Positions 61,252 through 64,000 of a stretch of 64,000 nt of DNA are shown piece after piece. Every line of letters starts with the position of its first letter. Position 1 is the first letter of the stretch. The translations under genes and the position numbers were made by a program. The notes below the pieces were generated by a model, which made no database searches, was not told where the DNA came from, and worked only from the letters and a program-made list of their open reading frames with translations. The stretch lies in contig OY759729.1 in assembly GCA_963662585.1 (NCBI GenBank), positions 1,472,001-1,536,000 of the forward strand. Direction: 5' to 3'. The DNA comes from Candidatus Cloacimonadales bacterium. GTDB lineage: Bacteria; Cloacimonadota; Cloacimonadia; Cloacimonadales; JAFGVF01.

Positions 61252-62515
61252 TTTTTAAAATCCTTTTAATAATCTCTTTACCTGTTGCTTTGATTGCAGG
61301 TACTGCTACAGAATTTCCAAATTGCTTGTATGCTGAAGCATCAGCCACTGGGATAATAAAGTTATCAGGGAATCCTTGTAACCGTGCCCACTCTCGTGGA
61401 GTCATTTTTCTTATACCTTCCCTATTCACTCTGCCTTTAATATGAGTTACAGGAGTAAAATTTCTTAATCTATCATCATAGACTAGGTTTCTTTCTCTAC
61501 CCATTCCACCACATAAAACAGCATTAGCAATTCCATTATCTGAAATTATTTCATAACCAAAACCATTGCCCTTGCTTTGATGTCTTTGTTTGTGCTTGAT
61601 TAAAGTAGACAAATATGTTTCTGATAGATAGTATTTTACTGAAACTTCTCTTTTCTCTTTTATATCTTCAAAAGTAGTTAATTTATTAAGGGGCTTAGGA
61701 TATTCAAAACTGTCTATACCCAAATCTTTTCTAAATCCCACTATATAAATTCTCTCTCTATTTTGAGGGACCCCATAATCTTTAGCGTTCATAATTTGCG
61801 GTGCTGGTACATAATATCCTAAATCATTCCTAAGAACATTCAATATAGTTGAGAGTGTTTTACCTTTATCATGATTAACTAAGCCTTTAACATTCTCAAG
61901 GAATATCGCTTTAGGTTTTTTTCTCTTTATAATCTCGGCAACTTCAAAGAACAGGGTTCCTCTTGTATCTTCAAATCCTCCTCGTTTTCCCGCTATAGAA
62001 AATGCTTGACATGGGAATCCGGCACATAGAACATCAAATTTGTCAGGGATATAACTTTTTGTTTCTTCCTTAGTTATATCTCCAAAAGGTACCTCTCCAA
62101 AATTAGCTTGATAAGTCTTCTTTGCTTGTTCATCCCACTCACTTGTAAAAACACATTTCCCTCCAAGTTCTTGCATCGCTATTCTAAAACCACCGATACC
62201 AGCAAATAAATCAATGAAATCAAACTTTATATCAATAGGCTTTGGGAATGGGACTTCATTTTTAAATTCAGTTATTAAATATTGTAGTGCATTTTCAGCA
62301 ACTTCATTGCTAATTATTTCTTCAGGAAATTTGTATTTCAGTACTTTTTTTACTTGCTTAACAGCTTCATTCTTGAACAATTTAGATCCTTGATCACTTT
62401 GGTTATTCATATAATGTGTAAAAGCAGCTTCTCCATATTCATTAATATCACCACTTTTTTTTTTCTTCTTTTTATTATAAAATTCTTCTACTTCTATTTT
62501 ATCTTTTAATATCAT
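61238..62515 (-). CDS. C5 cytosine DNA methyltransferase, M.HpaII-like (probably CCGG)
   Basis: FAGIGG, GFPCQ, ENV, QNRER, KQFGNSV; target-recognition region GNGFGYEII..GGMGRERNLV resembles M.HpaII as recalled. Confidence 0.92.
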   Translation of the reverse strand: MILKDKIEVEEFYNKKKKKKSGDINEYGEAAFTHYMNNQSDQGSKLFKNEAVKQVKKVLKYKFPEEIISNEVAENALQYLITEFKNEVPFPKPIDIKFDFIDLFAGIGGFRIAMQELGGKCVFTSEWDEQAKKTYQANFGEVPFGDITKEETKSYIPDKFDVLCAGFPCQAFSIAGKRGGFEDTRGTLFFEVAEIIKRKKPKAIFLENVKGLVNHDKGKTLSTILNVLRNDLGYYVPAPQIMNAKDYGVPQNRERIYIVGFRKDLGIDSFEYPKPLNKLTTFEDIKEKREVSVKYYLSETYLSTLIKHKQRHQSKGNGFGYEIISDNGIANAVLCGGMGRERNLVYDDRLRNFTPVTHIKGRVNREGIRKMTPREWARLQGFPDNFIIPVADASAYKQFGNSVAVPAIKATGKEIIKRILKNVKR

Positions 62516-62839
62516 TTATAATATCCTTAATTCTATCTATATAATTATTCAGGTTATTCTTAATCTATTTATTCCCAGAATCGAAAAAACCCCAAGCAGT
62601 TTTTTTCAGTATTTACTAATATATTTTTGATACTTCTTCTATTTATTAAGACAATCTACTTAATATTACCTAATTAACGATATATATTAATCATATAGTT
62701 CTGTCAATTATATCTTGTCATTTTTTTAATCCTGAATGAATTTAATTAACTTCATTAATATTTCTCAGTATATTCTAACATACAAATTATCCAGTCCTAA
62801 TTAATATGACCCATTTTTTAGCACTTATCTTTTTCTTAT

Positions 62840-63225
62840 CCCTTGTCCGCTGGCGCGGCCAAGGACTCCCGTGAGTGGACTCTTGGAGTGTCTAGCGAAT
62901 ACTCTCTATTATATGGCATCCCGCTGGGATTATCATTGCTTCACAATGAGGCGAACAAGCTGTCCACCTTCCGACAGAAGAGATCTTATCACATTCTCAA
63001 AGCTTTACTAAAACTCTGTGAAAACTTCTTAAAACTCATCTTAGCTCTGTGTTAAGGGACTTTTGAAGAAAGGCGAACAAGCTGTCCACCGTCCAACAGA
63101 AGAGATCTTATCACATTCTCAAAACTTTACTAAAACTCTGTGAAACTCATGTCTTGCGGACACTCCCTATTATATGGCATCCAGCTGGGATTAAAGATGT
63201 CATCATCCAGCTGGGATTTAATAAA
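62840..63225. repeat. REP-like cluster with a ~75-bp direct repeat
   Basis: ggcgaacaagctgtccacc..acagaagagatcttatcacattctcaaa twice (~62950, ~63072); catccMgctgggatt three times. Confidence 0.8.
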
Positions 63226-63285
63226 AATCCTCTCCATCTCTCACTCACCCCGTCATTCTATCTATCTTCTCTAATCAAAAATCTG

Positions 63286-63570
63286 TCCTCTCATAAAACT
63301 ATAGGGCCCACTTTTTTTAAAATTGGTCCACTTTCTTGAATTTTTCTTAATTAACTTCCCCTTATAGAATATATTCTATAAGGTCGATAAATAAAGTTAG
63401 TTTCGTATAACAAAATTATATCCCTGTAAAATCCTTACGATTTCCTTTGATACTTGATACTCTTCCTCTGCTCCACCACTCTCATCTCAAATAAAATTCA
63501 AATAATCTTTAAGTTGAGTGAGAAGGAGGAAGGGAAATGCAGTAAATAATGCTTGAAAAAGACCCTAGAA
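63286..63570 (-). repeat. ~300-bp dispersed non-coding element, copy B
   Basis: Inverted homolog of 8705..9003. Confidence 0.8.
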
Positions 63571-63680
63571 CTTCCTTCTTAATTCTAAACAAGTATGCCC
63601 CAAAAATAAGAGGAAGTTAAAGCCTATCTATTGTAGTAGCTAGGTTTAACTTCCTCGATTAAGTAATTTATAAATTTAAG

Positions 63681-64000
63681 CTATTTTACTTTTATGTATT
63701 CAGCTAATAATTTAATTGTGTTCTCTACACCACTTCTATGGGTTCTTTCGTAGCCATGAGAAGCAAAGACGCCAGGTCCGATAAGACCATGTCTGATATC
63801 ATAACCAGCTCTGAGAGTAGCTTCTACATCTGAACCATAAAAAGGATAAATATCAAGTGAGTGTTCTAATTTATTAGTTTCAGCGATTTTAATTAAATCA
63901 TTAGTTAAATCAAAATCATAAGGTCCACCACTATCTTTTACGCAGATAGAGACTTTGAATTCATCAGTAGTTAAATCATCTCCTACAGCACCCATATCAA
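63681..64000 (-). CDS. M42-family aminopeptidase, C-terminal part (runs off the right edge)
   Basis: DMGAVG, KDSGGPYD, YGSD, GPGV.ASHGYERTH. Confidence 0.85.
   Translation of the reverse strand, partial: DMGAVGDDLTTDEFKVSICVKDSGGPYDFDLTNDLIKIAETNKLEHSLDIYPFYGSDVEATLRAGYDIRHGLIGPGVFASHGYERTHRSGVENTIKLLAEYIKVK

Overview
AT-rich bacterial chromosomal segment. Gene content (three proteins with a C-terminal 'YPNPFNP..IYNLKGQ' FlgD-Ig/T9SS-A-like domain, lysine 5,6-aminomutase kamDE, short EF-Ts) fits an anaerobic diderm such as Cloacimonadota; this is inference, not a database assignment. Housekeeping blocks: rplM-rpsI-rpsB-tsf-pyrH-frr, fba-gap, rrf2-iscS-iscU, ffs (SRP RNA), ABC transporters, SNF2 helicase and a divergent EF-G paralogue. 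A 13-gene type IV pilus cluster (26.4-40.7 kb) has a sigma54-like promoter, an aromatic-rich major pilin, a large PilX-like pilin and an invasin/Big-1-type lipoprotein. Mobile DNA: a class IIC group II intron inserted just after the frr terminator (5' end GUUUG), a MITE with 25-bp TIRs and an 8-bp TSD, several modular REP-like palindrome arrays, and an HpaII-like R-M pair. The most novel-looking region is 1-8.4 kb. It holds two tandem copies of a module made of a ~440-bp conserved leader plus signal peptide, a hypervariable small secreted protein ending in PxDPGxP..Q, a hairpin, and a large divergent beta-rich protein with a conserved sorting domain. A glycine-zipper lipoprotein with a small membrane partner and a parA remnant lie between the two copies. 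No CRISPR array, tRNA or rRNA was found.
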